Notes: generated by a model from the letters alone, not told the origin. 64,000 bases of DNA from a virus (IMGVR_UViG_3300036784_000146:1-64000); one strand, 5' to 3'; shown: positions 28,460 to 39,298, counted from the first letter of the stretch. Program-made: numbers and translations.

Positions 28460-29996
28460 ATGGCTCTTCCACGCCGGATCACCACCATCAGGCGGGCTTT
28501 CGACGAGGCGCGTCCTGCCGACATTTCAAGCACCGCGCTTGAGAACGGCCTGCAGTGGGCGATCCGCAACGATCCCGAGCTGGCCGTCGACATCGAAGAC
28601 GAGCTGGACTTCCGAGCCAACGTTTAGGAGACCCATGAGCTACCACTACGACGACTACGACCAGTGGTCCAACGATGTCGAGAACCAGATGGACTACGAG
28701 GACGCCGAGGGGAATATACCTGACAGGTAAAGCGTCCTTAATACTGGAAGGAGGGCCGGATGCAGAAACCAATCAGCCAATTCGAGCTGGACGTCATCAA
28801 TGACGCGATCCTCATCGCGGGGAAGCGCGGCCACAAGGAGCTGTCCGAGCGGCTCGAAGAGATGTGGGACAAGGAGTTCGCTGCGCTCGCAGCCTGAGTC
28901 TTTGGAAGGAGACCAGTTTGAAACAGCAAGTATCCCCGAAGTTCAGCCCCGATCAGGCTCAGCGTCTGTTCGAGAGGGCCCACGCCGCCGGGATGGCAGC
29001 CGGTGAGAAAGCCCGGCCGCGACCGATGATCGTCGTCCAGCGCGAGCACCCGTTCGACGACAGCTCGCCGGTCGTCAAGCAGTACGCCCCCGTCATGGAC
29101 GGCGTCTGCGGGTTCGCCTGGATCAACATCCGGCCTGGTAACGGATCGTTCGCCAGCTGGATGCGCCGCCGGGGGATGGGCCACAAGTCCTACCACGGCG
29201 GCTGGGACTACTGGGTGAGCGAGTTCAACCAGTCCCTGGAACGCAAGTCGGCTTACGCCCAGGCGTTCGCAGAGATCCTGCGAGAAGCCGGGATCAAGGC
29301 CCACGCGATGAGTCGGATCGACTAGCGCGATGGCAGTGAAACAGAGTTGGGCCAGCGAGATGGAGTTGGTCGGCGATTTCGAGGTCAAGGGCTTCGCGGG
29401 CCCCTATGTCAACGTGGTCCGCAAATCCGACGGCCGCCGGGGTCGCTTGCAATACACCCATCGACCCCGGGCCTACTTCGGGTGGGCCCCTAGTTAGAGA
29501 AGGAGACACACACATGGGTTATGGGTACGCACGATCGGCCAGCGGCCGTTATGCGCTCGCCTGCGACGGAGGTTGCGGCCGGGCCGGGAGCGCCCAGGGC
29601 GTCCGGAAACGGCCTTGCCCGCACAAGGCGGCCTACTACCAGTACGGACGGCGCTACGAGCTGCCTTACTGCCCCGCACCGGCGCTGTGCTCGGCGTGCT
29701 ACAAGCGTCACGGCGGCCTGCGCGGTATCCACGGCGAGAGCTGCCGCGAGGGTGCAGCCGCGTCCAGCGCAAAGGCCGAGGAGAAGCAGGCCCGACTGGA
29801 CGCCGGAGAGAAGATCTCCGAGGCGGCCTGGGGCAGCTGGTGCGAGTCGGTGCCCGAGGGCAAGGTGGGCCTGGTGTTCCAGGGCAAGGTCGGAGACCGC
29901 GAGTACCACCTGGTGCCAGCCGAGGCCTACCACAACGGCTCGGTGGTGCTGAGCGAGATCGAGCACGAGCCCTGGGAGGGGCCGGGGTACCGCTAG
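28460..29996 (+). CDS. Small early-type genes (28460-28627, 28760-28897, 28918-29325, 29330-29497, 29514-29996 Cys-rich)
   Basis: Strong RBS / start-associated sequences; coding-like composition. Confidence 0.65.
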
Positions 29997-30000
29997 GTAC

Positions 30001-30029
30001 TTCCAATCTGAACACAATTTACCTATAAT
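30001..30029 (+). promoter_or_regulatory. SigA-like promoter
   Basis: TTCCAA-N17-TATAAT in an AT-rich intergenic gap. Confidence 0.65.
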
Positions 30030-30054
30030 GGCAGGTGGAAGGGAGACACACACA

Positions 30055-30558
30055 GTGACACGAGCAATGTACGAGAGGGCCTACGGCGACAAGTGCGCTC
30101 ACGGCTGGCGCGATGCCGCCCAGATCGCCAAGGCGATCCGCCTCGACATCAAGGAGGCCATCGCGGCCGGGGATCTGCCCGGCGGGCCGAAGAACTATCG
30201 GGTCCGCACCCGCAAGTACTCCGGTGGCCAGGCCATTGACGTCTCGGCGGTCGGGCTGGACGGCATGTACCAGCAGTGCGAGGGCATCAAGCCGGGCAGC
30301 AAGCGGCCCTTCGAGAGCGGCGAGGGCTGGACGGCCATGGGCTGTGGCAACGTCTGGTGCAAGGCGGGCGGGCAGTACCGCGACAGCGAGCACGCCAAGT
30401 ATCACCGGATCCAGTCGGTCGAGGGTCGCCGGGTCAACGAGATCCTGCAGAAGATTCACGACAGCTACAACTGGGACGGCTCCGAGGTGATGGTCGACTA
30501 CTTCGACAAGCTGTACTGGGGCCACGCCGAGGTCATCGATCCAGAGAGAGGGTACTGA
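30055..30558 (+). CDS. Hypothetical protein, LPD29-like
   Basis: AKAIR..IK...YRVRTRKYSGGQAIDV resembles LPD29 (from recall). Confidence 0.5.
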   Translation: MTRAMYERAYGDKCAHGWRDAAQIAKAIRLDIKEAIAAGDLPGGPKNYRVRTRKYSGGQAIDVSAVGLDGMYQQCEGIKPGSKRPFESGEGWTAMGCGNVWCKAGGQYRDSEHAKYHRIQSVEGRRVNEILQKIHDSYNWDGSEVMVDYFDKLYWGHAEVIDPERGY

Positions 30559-30559
30559 C

Positions 30560-32379
30560 ATGAGCGATCAATTCCACCTGCACCTGAACGTCAAGGGTGC
30601 CGCCATCGTCGAGGACCCTGCCAGTGCGGTGGGTGACATCTTGATCAAGGCGGCCGCCAAGGTCCGCGCGGGCGAGCAGTTCGGCCGGATCTTCGACGAG
30701 AACGGCAACCGCGTCGGCTTCTGGCACTTCGGCGATGAAGGAGATCAATCATGACCCAGCACAAAGGCCTGATCCTGCACGTCTACCGAGCAGCTGACAG
30801 TCGTGACTGCACCCTTGGCGGGGTCAGTAGCAAGCACGCCGGGCTCACCCTGGTCGGTTTCAAGCGTCACGCCGACGAGAAGTGGCAGCCGCTGGAACGG
30901 TATGCGCAGGTCTTCGAGCCCAACGAGGACCGTCCGGCGGTGATCCTGGTGGAGTCCGGCGTGCCCCATCTCTACGGTCCCCACCTGGTGCCTTTGGAGA
31001 TCATCGAGAGCGGACGCTACCCCATGATGGGTGGCAACTATGCCGGGACTTCCGATTCGCGTTGGGCCGAGTTGGGCCACACGATCTTCGGCCATGACCG
31101 GCTGGACGTGGTGGCGGTGCACGACCGAGTGGAGTTCTGAGCAGGGAATATACCTGTCAGGTAAAGCGTCCCTAATACTGGAAGGAGGCGATAAAATGCC
31201 GAGCATTATGGCCCAGTGGGAGCTGGCTGCGATCATCAAGCAGCGTCAGTTTGCCCAGGAGAACGGCCTATCCATGTCCCCGTCGATGGAGGAGTCTTAC
31301 CGGATGCTTCCTGCGCTGCAGGCTGGCCTGGACCAGGCCTTGGACATGATCTTGCTGCTCGACCAGCACCCCGAGCTGGCTGCGCACATACCCCCGGGAG
31401 GAGTGCCCCAGGAATGAGCTACTACTACCCTTACCCACCACCGCCGCCGCCGCCGAGGCACAGCTATCGGAAGTGGATCTTGGCAGCTGGCGGGATCTTC
31501 ATCGCGGTGATCGGCTTCGTGGCCATCGTGGTGGCAATCAAGAGCCCGTCGGCGCCCAGCTACAGCCCGGCCGAGCAGAAGTTCCTGACCGCCGTCAGAG
31601 AATCACAGCCGGGGCCCTGGGAAGACGGCAGCAGCTACATCCCGTGGCCATCTGACGCCGAGCTGGTCAAACAGGGCCATGCGCTCTGCGAGTTGGATTC
31701 CGCAGGGGGGCACTATGACCGTCTCGTGCGCAAATGGGGGTATCCCTCCTGGCAGGGTGTCGACCTGGATTCTCTTGCCGACAACATCCTCTGTTCGCAG
31801 AACTCGGTTTTCGCCGGGCAGGACATATGACCAAAGCACGCACGCGCGGACGCATCATCCGCATCGCCAGCGAACAGGGCTGGCAGGTCGTCGAGCCCCA
31901 GCCCAGCTCGCTCTACCTCGTTCGCGGGCAGGCTCGCATCTCTCTGCAGTTCGGTGCGCGCTCTGGCCGGTTAGTCGGCGCCATTCATTCCCGGCCTGGC
32001 GTGACCGAGCAGCCCAAGCAGGCCAAGCTGGCGTTCACCGTGGGCTGGTTGACTGAGGAGAGGGTCTAAGGTGCCTTGACGGGTTACCGTTAGGCTCATG
32101 CCTCTTGCACACACCAAAGACCTCGACACGCTGGCGGCCTGGGCCGAAGAGCTGGGCTGGGAGCTGATCGAGACCAATCCGCCGATCCTGGTCAAGGCCG
32201 GACGGCGCCTGCAGCTGAAGTTCAACGGCGCGGGCAAGATCAACGGCATGAGCTGGACCGGCGGATCTGAGCATGGCGACATGATGTCGGGGGCCTGCAG
32301 CTTCCGCCGGGTGCGTGAATGGATGCAGACCGCACTAGACAAGCCACCGCCGACGGATCCCGACGACAATCTCCCCTAG
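30560..32379 (+). CDS. Small genes (30560-30754, 30751-31140, 31196-31417, 31414-31830 DUF732-like membrane-anchored, 31827-32069, 32098-32379)
   Basis: Overlapping stops/starts; 31414 has a TM then EQKFL..V / LVKQGHALC. Confidence 0.6.
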
Positions 32380-32444
32380 ACTTTCCTACAATTTTGCCTT
32401 AATCTGGGTCCAGCACTGGAATTAACCCGGAAGGTAAACTACAC

Positions 32445-32744
32445 ATGTCTTTCTTGGCAACACTTCCCGCTGACATCGCCGCCACCGCTGGCGGGCTCGC
32501 CGGGCTCGGCGCGACCGTTACCGCCGCCCACTCGGCGGCCGCCGGACCGTTGGGGGCTGTCGTTCCTCCGGCGCCGGAGCCGACGTCGATCTTGGCGGCT
32601 ATGGCTCACCAGACCCATCACGGCGTCTACCAGGCTGCTGCCAGCGTGGCCGACGCCATCCACGCCATGTTCACCGGAACCATGGGCGTCTCGGGTGTCA
32701 CCTATGACCTCGCCGAGGCGGCCACGGCGCTCACGATGTTCTAG
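32445..32744 (+). CDS. PE-family protein (PE domain only)
   Basis: MSFL.T.P start, VVPPAPEPTS, HAMF, C-terminal YDLAE (YxxxE); 99 aa, directly upstream of the PPE. Confidence 0.9.
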   Translation: MSFLATLPADIAATAGGLAGLGATVTAAHSAAAGPLGAVVPPAPEPTSILAAMAHQTHHGVYQAAASVADAIHAMFTGTMGVSGVTYDLAEAATALTMF

Positions 32745-32747
32745 GCC

Positions 32748-33980
32748 ATGGACTACGGGGCGGAGCCGCCGGAGGTCAATTCCGGCCGCATGTATGCGGG
32801 GGTGGGCAGTGGGCCACTGATGGCGGCAGCAGCTGCCTGGCAAGCCCTGGCCGTCGAGCTGGGGATGTCGGGGGCGGTGTACTCCCAGATGATTGCCAGC
32901 CTGCTCGGGTCCTGGATGGGCCCTTCCTCGGCCGCAATGGCTGCCTCCGCCGCTCCTTACGTGGCGTGGATGATTCAGGCCGCCCTGCAGTGCGAGGAGC
33001 ATGCAGTGGCTACTGCGGCCACCGCAGCCTCCTTCGAGACCGCGCTTGCCGGGGTGATTCCGCCGCCGTTGATCGCCGAGAACCGGACCGAGCTGGCCAC
33101 CTTGGTGGCGACCAACTTCCTGGGCGTCAACACTCCGGCGATTGCCGCCAACCAGGCCGAGTACGCCGAGTTCTGGGCTCAGGACTCTTCCACGCTGTAC
33201 AGCTACGCCGGAGAGATGTCGGCCATCCTGGGCGGGCTGATGCCGTTCACGCCGCCGATGCTCAACACCGATCCGGCCGGGCTGGCGGCTCAGGCCGCCG
33301 CCGTCGGCACCGATACCGGGCAGTCAGCCGGACAGGCGGGCCAGACCGTCAGCGGCGTCGGCACCACGATGCCCGGGGCTGCCTCTCCTGCCAGCTCGAT
33401 GCTCGCCGCCGGTCCGTCGATGGTCGGCATGATCCCTCAGGCCCTGCAATCGCTGGCCTCTCCGGCCACCTCGCTGATGAGCGGGGGCGGTCTGTCCAGC
33501 CTCGCCGGGCAGTTCCAGTCGCTGATGGGCCCGTTCATGAGCATGGGCGCGATGGGCTCGTTCACCAACGCTTTCAGTAGCGGCTTGAGTAGCTCGCTGG
33601 GCTCGGGACTCGGCTCGTTGGGCTCTCTGTCGTCCAACGCCAATCTTGGTGGTGGCTATGTCGCCAGCATGGGCCGCGCGGTAGGTGTGGGCGCAGGTCC
33701 CACCAAGCTGTCGGTGCCCGTCTCCTGGGGCCAGACCACCGGCTCCCCTACCAGCCCGTTGATCCGCCCGCTGTTGGCCGCCGAGACCGAGGCCGCACCG
33801 GCGGCCGGTGCGCAGGCGGGGATGATTCCGCCCGGCGTGGGCACCATGGCCGGTGCCGGTCAGCAGCAGGGTGGCACTCCGGGTTTCACAAGCCTTATCC
33901 CAGCCGGGATGAGAGGGAGTCTGGGCAAGGAGGGCGACCCCAATTCCCGTCAACCACAGTTCACCAACTATCTGGTGTGA
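32748..33980 (+). CDS. PPE-family protein, SVP subfamily
   Basis: MDYGAEPPEVNSGRMYAG.GS, WMG (WxG), ATNFLGVNTPAIA, YAEFWAQD, C-terminal LSVPVSW. Confidence 0.95.
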   Translation: MDYGAEPPEVNSGRMYAGVGSGPLMAAAAAWQALAVELGMSGAVYSQMIASLLGSWMGPSSAAMAASAAPYVAWMIQAALQCEEHAVATAATAASFETALAGVIPPPLIAENRTELATLVATNFLGVNTPAIAANQAEYAEFWAQDSSTLYSYAGEMSAILGGLMPFTPPMLNTDPAGLAAQAAAVGTDTGQSAGQAGQTVSGVGTTMPGAASPASSMLAAGPSMVGMIPQALQSLASPATSLMSGGGLSSLAGQFQSLMGPFMSMGAMGSFTNAFSSGLSSSLGSGLGSLGSLSSNANLGGGYVASMGRAVGVGAGPTKLSVPVSWGQTTGSPTSPLIRPLLAAETEAAPAAGAQAGMIPPGVGTMAGAGQQQGGTPGFTSLIPAGMRGSLGKEGDPNSRQPQFTNYLV

Positions 33981-33995
33981 AAAAGGAGAAACGAA

Positions 33996-34643
33996 ATGAC
34001 TCAGCAGTTTTGGGAGATCACCATCATCGGCGTCCTCGTCGTCCTGATGGTCGGCATCTTCGTGATGGGCAACGTCGTCAACCGTGACCGGTTGAACAAT
34101 GCGCTCAACGATGCCGCAAAAAAGCCCATCGAGTTGCATCAGCAACTGCTGGCGCGCGAAGACGCGGGAGTGAAGGCTCTGGGTATCGTGGCGGATCTGG
34201 TTCAGGAAAACGGCCGACAACTCGCTCACATGCGCGAGGTTGGCGTTCCGGTTATCACCCGCCCGGTGAACGGCCGCGACGAGGCGGTCGTGGTACGAGC
34301 TGCCGTTACAAAGTAGGCGGCGCCGATGACAGCCCAGCGGGTGGTGCTCCCACCACCAACACCACTGGTTCCTGACGGCCAGTGGTGGCTGGTGCTGGAT
34401 CCCGACGGCGTCACGGTCACGCTGGCGATCATGAACGGCACCAACATCGTCGCGTCGGAGGTCGCCGCGATGCCGGGCGGCATGCGCCGGGGCAATTTGA
34501 AAGTGCCCGGCGAGCTGAAGCGGATGGCCGTCGACATCAACAACCGGATCGAGTATCGCGAGTATCTGAGCAAGGAGCTGGGAGGACAGGTCACCGTGGA
34601 ACTCATGCACGTCGGCAACATGGGGATGTGGTCACATGACTAG
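33996..34643 (+). CDS. Two hypothetical genes (33996-34316 single TM; 34326-34643)
   Basis: AAGGAG RBS; N-terminal hydrophobic helix in the first. Confidence 0.7.
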
Positions 34644-35214
34644 TGGCTTCAGCGTCGACCCGAGCCAGCTGTTCGTCGCCGGGAACGGCCACCTGGAATA
34701 CATCGATCAGCTCGGTCAGCTCATCGACTTCGGCCCGGCCCCTAATGACTGGCCCAGCTCGGCCGGGGTGGCGACATCGCGTCAGGGCAAGAACGCCATG
34801 ACATCGGCCATGATGGCCCAGCTGGGTCAGCACGGGGCCACCCTGGGCGCCAACGCCGGGTCCTACGAGGCCCAGGAGGGGGCCAACAAGGCCAAGCTGG
34901 ACACCGGCGGCATGAAGGATATGGCGGGACTGATGACGTCCAGCATGAAGGATGTCGGCGGCCTGGCTACCAACACGTTCAAGGACGTGGAGGGCATCTT
35001 CGGTACCGCCGGTCAGGTCACTGCTGCGGCGGGAGGCAGTCTCGGGGGTGCTGCAGCCTCGGCGTCAGCCTCGTTCATGGGCAAGGTCTCGCCTCCGGCG
35101 TCGACTGCTCATGCCGTGACACCCACCTCGGGCACTCCGGAGTCCGCTGCACCGGCCGGGGCTGACGACGACGGGAGGAAGCACGATGGCACCCACGCTC
35201 AGCAGCATTCGTAA
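34636..35214 (+). CDS. Putative T7SS substrate, PE/EspC-like with YxxxE signal
   Basis: FSVDPSQL start, helix pair, GSYEAQE at ~aa 76-80. Confidence 0.6.
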   Translation: MTSGFSVDPSQLFVAGNGHLEYIDQLGQLIDFGPAPNDWPSSAGVATSRQGKNAMTSAMMAQLGQHGATLGANAGSYEAQEGANKAKLDTGGMKDMAGLMTSSMKDVGGLATNTFKDVEGIFGTAGQVTAAAGGSLGGAAASASASFMGKVSPPASTAHAVTPTSGTPESAAPAGADDDGRKHDGTHAQQHS

Positions 35215-36196
35215 CTACGACCCGCGCTGGTTGCTGGACGACGCCAGCCACAGCCGCCGGGTGGCCAATGGCTGGACCGACGCCTGGTCCGGTGCCTACA
35301 GCAGCGTCGAGGGGATCCCATGGACCGGCACCGGCAGGGAGGCCGCGCTCGCCGCGCACGGCGCCGACCTCAGCCGGGCGCAATCCCACGCCGCCACTCT
35401 GACCGCTAGCGCCGCGACGACCGAGCAGACCTATCACGACCTCGTCAACGAGCGGGACGCGCTGCTCCGGCAGGTCGACCAGGCGACGAACGAGGGCTAC
35501 CAGGTGACCGAGAGCTTCACCGTGATGCCCGGGCCGAAGATGAAGGGGGCCGAGGTCATCCTGCGCGCGCCGGATATGGCGCAGAAGACCGCCGCGCTGA
35601 CCGAGGCGGCTGGGCAGCTGTTCGCCAACGATGCGGCCGCCGGTGCCGCTGTGGCCGCCCCGGCCGCGACGTTCGCCGACGCGCCGATGGCGGTAGCCCA
35701 CAACGGAGTGCAGCTGGTGGATAAGGTGACCCCGATTCCTTCCCCTGGCGACCTGTCGTCGATCGCGCCGCCCGACATGCCCGATACGTCCGCTCCATTC
35801 TTGGACGGGTACCAGGCCAGCATCGGAGCGACTCCGCCGCAGACCGGGGAGCCCGTGGCACCGATGCCAACCAGCCGTCCGCCGAACGTCCCCAAGGGAG
35901 TGCCGCTCCCGCCGGTCATGACCAAGCCCCCGCCCAACGACGGGGTCTTTGAGCCGGGTCCCGACCCGGGCTTCACCGAGGAGAATCCCAGGACGGGTCC
36001 GGTGCTCGGCGCTGCGGTGATGGGCGGGACATTGGGCTGTGAGACCGGAGCAGGATGGGCGGCCGCCCTTTCGGCCCCGGTGATCCCCGCCGAGGCTATT
36101 GCGGTGCCCGTTGGATGTGCCACCGGAGCTGCCATCGGTGCAGCTCCGCCGTTGCTGTACCCCTGGGTCGACAACTTGTTGGAAGGAGGTGGGTGA
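35186..36196 (+). CDS. Putative T7SS substrate: WXG100-like N-terminus, Pro linker, hydrophobic Gly-zipper-like C-terminus
   Basis: PTLSSIRNYDP start, WTG at the helix turn, GY.VTE.FTV, VQLVD linker. Confidence 0.7.
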   Translation: MAPTLSSIRNYDPRWLLDDASHSRRVANGWTDAWSGAYSSVEGIPWTGTGREAALAAHGADLSRAQSHAATLTASAATTEQTYHDLVNERDALLRQVDQATNEGYQVTESFTVMPGPKMKGAEVILRAPDMAQKTAALTEAAGQLFANDAAAGAAVAAPAATFADAPMAVAHNGVQLVDKVTPIPSPGDLSSIAPPDMPDTSAPFLDGYQASIGATPPQTGEPVAPMPTSRPPNVPKGVPLPPVMTKPPPNDGVFEPGPDPGFTEENPRTGPVLGAAVMGGTLGCETGAGWAAALSAPVIPAEAIAVPVGCATGAAIGAAPPLLYPWVDNLLEGGG

Positions 36197-36303
36197 TGCC
36201 CCCGCGCGTGTACCGGTTCTGGAAGCGCTGCCAGCTGGGGACGTTCGAGCTGCTCGTCGCTGCTTCGGCCGTCGGCTGGATCATTCATCTCGTGACGCGG
36301 TGA
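36196..36303 (+). CDS. 35-aa membrane peptide
   Basis: TGATG coupling; one TM helix. Confidence 0.5.
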   Translation: MPPRVYRFWKRCQLGTFELLVAASAVGWIIHLVTR

Positions 36304-36437
36304 AACCTGTCGGTGGGTCGCGTTAGATTCGGTTCGTCAAAGAAAACGGCGCTCTGACGTTGGCATTGTAGGAACATTAGGGTAAAGTTGGAGCCAGTTA
36401 AGCCCGACCGGGGCTTCGAGAAAGGAAGACACACACC

Positions 36438-37619
36438 ATGACCGCAGCAACAGAAGCATTCCCCACCCGCGTAGACCGCGAGCGGGACGTCCGGAAGGTC
36501 CTGGACTACCTCAACCAGCAGCAAACCATCAAGCGCGACTTCGTCGTCCCGGCCTCGGTGCTCAGCTTCGACATCGGCGATATGATCGTCGACGCCGCCA
36601 ACCTCGTGATGGACGAGGAGGGTGTCACCGACGTCAACGGCCGCTACGAGCTGTCCGGCCACGCGCTGAACCAGCTCGCCGACATCTTCAAGATTCCCGG
36701 CCGCTACCTCAAGCGCTGCCGCTCGGAGAAGGTGTCGCTGTTCGACGCCAACCTGAACGGGTGGGTCGAGGAAGATGCGCGCTCGTTCCTCCTGCGGACC
36801 TTCGTGCACAACGCCGAGGACCGCAACTACCTGCGGGCGATCCTGTCCAACGGCTACGGGATCATGGACAACATCGACGTCCTGATGTCGGCCATCCAGG
36901 GTCTGGCTCAGGTGCAGCTGCCCAGCGGTGGGTTCCTGGGGCCGCAGAACATCCGCGACATCCAGGTGACCGAGTCCCGCCTGTACATCCGGGTCGAGGC
37001 TCCCGAGATCACAGCCGTCGGCGGCGAGTACGTCAAGGGCCTGCGCAGCCCCTTCCGGGGTACCGGCCACGGTGGGGTCTCCGCCGAGCACCCCGAGCTG
37101 GTGCACGCCGGGTTCGTCATCACCAACTCCGAGGTGGGTGACGGTGCCTTCAACGCTACCGGCGAGGTGATCGCGAAGGTCTGCGACAACGGCGCCCAGA
37201 TGCGCGACAGCCGGATCCGCAAGGTCCACGTCGGCGAGCGGTTGGACCACGGTCACATCAAGTGGTCGGCGGACACCCAGGCGGCCGAGGTCAAGGCCAT
37301 GCAGCTGAAGGTGCGCGATGCCTTCACCTCCTTCCTGACGGTCGAATGGTTGGAGGAAGCGGTGGCCAAGCTGAACAAGGACGCCGGACACCCGGTGGAG
37401 GACGTTCAGAAGACCATCGAGGTGGTCTCCAACCAGCTGCAGTTCAACCAGGACGAGCAGGCCGCCATCATGCGGATGTTCTTCGACGGTGGCCAGCGGA
37501 CCTCCGGCGGGGTGGCGAACGCCATCACGGCTGCCGCCCAGACCATCGAGGATGCCGATCGGGCGAACTACTTCACCGAGGTGGCCGTCGACGCGATGAA
37601 GATTGCCGCCACGGTGTAA
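36438..37619 (+). CDS. DUF932-family protein
   Basis: RAILS.GY, ITNSEVGDG, VCDNG, NAITAAAQ. Confidence 0.75.
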   Translation: MTAATEAFPTRVDRERDVRKVLDYLNQQQTIKRDFVVPASVLSFDIGDMIVDAANLVMDEEGVTDVNGRYELSGHALNQLADIFKIPGRYLKRCRSEKVSLFDANLNGWVEEDARSFLLRTFVHNAEDRNYLRAILSNGYGIMDNIDVLMSAIQGLAQVQLPSGGFLGPQNIRDIQVTESRLYIRVEAPEITAVGGEYVKGLRSPFRGTGHGGVSAEHPELVHAGFVITNSEVGDGAFNATGEVIAKVCDNGAQMRDSRIRKVHVGERLDHGHIKWSADTQAAEVKAMQLKVRDAFTSFLTVEWLEEAVAKLNKDAGHPVEDVQKTIEVVSNQLQFNQDEQAAIMRMFFDGGQRTSGGVANAITAAAQTIEDADRANYFTEVAVDAMKIAATV

Positions 37620-37623
37620 CAAC

Positions 37624-37725
37624 TTGGCCCCGGTGGGCTGCTGCCCGACACCCACCGGGGTCAATACCACACAACCCGAAGACCACCCCCGCGAGCCCTT
37701 CCTTCCCGAACTCGCGGGGGTCTTC
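37624..37725 (+). terminator. Two tandem hairpins closing the early island
   Basis: TTGGCCCCGGTGGG/CCCACCGGGGTCAA and CCCCCGCGAG/CTCGCGGGGG. Confidence 0.6.
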
Positions 37726-37770
37726 GTGTATCTGAGCCCTTCTCGGCCCTAAAAGGGTGGAGGAGGCATC

Positions 37771-38463
37771 ATGCAATTCACCGGCTCATTGGCCCGTGAG
37801 GCCGATCTGACCAACCGGCGGCTGGCGCAAGAGGCCCAGAAATTCCGTGAGGGCCGTGACGACTGGTTCGACGGCACCCCGGCATCGACCGACCGGCGCA
37901 TCTCAGCCTGCCAGCGTGTGCTTCACAGCGCCCGCAGCGCGCGGGCCCGCAGCCCCTTCGACTGGGAACCCCAGCAGATCATCGCCGAGCTGGAAGAGGA
38001 CCTGCGCGCCTTGGTCGGCCAGCGCGAGGACCTGCTCAGCGGTTACCAGGATCGCAAGGCCGCGTTGCCCTGGGGGAAGTCCGACGAGGAGCGAGAGGAG
38101 GAAAAACGCCAGCGCGAACACTGGCGGCAAGAAGACGGCCAAAGGGTGCGCCGTGGCTTGGAGCAGGCTTACGGTCGTCCCCGGGCGGCAGCCATCGACG
38201 ACGACGAGCTGCGCTGGGCTCACCTGGAAGCGCCCAAGTTCCTGCGCGCCAATCTCGACGTCGTCCACTATCGTGACGAGCTGGCCACTCGTGCCCAGCA
38301 CTGGGCGCAGAAGATGGCTTCCGGATTCGATCATCCAGCTGAGACCACCCGGGTCTTCGTGGGCGCGGTCGTCGAAGCAGCCCGCGCGGTGCCTTTCCAG
38401 CCGCCGATGCAGGTAGCTCATACGATTGACTTCGATCTCGACCCTGCGGCGATGTGGCTGTGA
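37771..38463 (+). CDS. Head-associated/scaffold-like hypothetical protein
   Basis: Late-type motif upstream; WFDGTP.S.DRR; REA/RKAA/RAAA motifs. Confidence 0.55.
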   Translation: MQFTGSLAREADLTNRRLAQEAQKFREGRDDWFDGTPASTDRRISACQRVLHSARSARARSPFDWEPQQIIAELEEDLRALVGQREDLLSGYQDRKAALPWGKSDEEREEEKRQREHWRQEDGQRVRRGLEQAYGRPRAAAIDDDELRWAHLEAPKFLRANLDVVHYRDELATRAQHWAQKMASGFDHPAETTRVFVGAVVEAARAVPFQPPMQVAHTIDFDLDPAAMWL

Positions 38464-39298
38464 GAAGTTGGCTGCAAATTCTCTACCCGAACGCCACCCA
38501 ACTGGGATGGAGACCCGTCCGGTTCCAGCCGTTCCTTATGGTGGCCATGTTCGTCGGTGGCGTCATCTTGATTTACGCCAACTTCGATCCGGACTTGTCG
38601 CCACACTTCGCCCAGGACCGAGGCTTGGGTCTGGTGCCCGGCCTGTGGCTGGCTATGTTGGTAACCACCCCGGTGCTGGCGCTGGTGTCTTCGGCCCTGA
38701 TATTCAAGGGCCGGGGGCGCAACGTGCGTACTTTAGGCCTGGGCTTGAGGCTGGCCGCAGACATCACCTCCGCCACGACGCTGTGGTCTTACATCATTGC
38801 TCGCCTGACCGTCGAGACCTACGTGATGTCCGGCAGCCTGTTGGTCGCCGTTGGCTTGTTCTCCTTCGCCATCGTGCTTCGCGATATTTTGGCCCTCTCC
38901 GAGGAACGCAAACGGCTGCAGTTGTGGGAGGAACTGCGTTCATGATGGTCCTGGCCTCCCATGCACTTTCTCACAGCGAAGCAGACACCGGTCACTTCCT
39001 TGCCAACGCGTGCATCTGGTTCGGGCTCTTTGCGACGGTGGCTGCCGTCCTATGGGTCTTTTTCGTCCAGGCGCGATCCAGCAAAACCGTCTCGTCAGAT
39101 CTGTTGGTTGCCAAGAGCATCGCCGACAACGACAACAGTCGGTTGGTCGAGGACAACAAGTTGTTGCGTCGGGTTCTGGTCGACCTGGCCCGCGTAAGCA
39201 ATCAGGTTCAAGAAGAGTACCCAGACATGCCCGACGTCGTCGCTAAACGCTTACGCACCACGCTCTTGGCGGCTGAGGCAATTTTGACTAGTCATTAG
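38454..39298 (+). CDS. 4-TM membrane protein (38454-38945) and TM plus coiled-coil protein (38942-39298), lysis-accessory-like
   Basis: Hydrophobicity pattern; upstream of LysB. Confidence 0.65.

Noticed and set aside
32445-36303. Host chromosomal contamination
   Set aside because: Preceded by the phage operator-like motif, interleaved with phage-like small genes, and lacking ecc/mycP/esx neighbours; read-level confirmation is still advisable
37624-37664. Second IS605-type right end (ends GTCAA)
   Set aside because: The TCAA is part of a simple hairpin arm and the GAAT-hairpin-10 nt layout is absent
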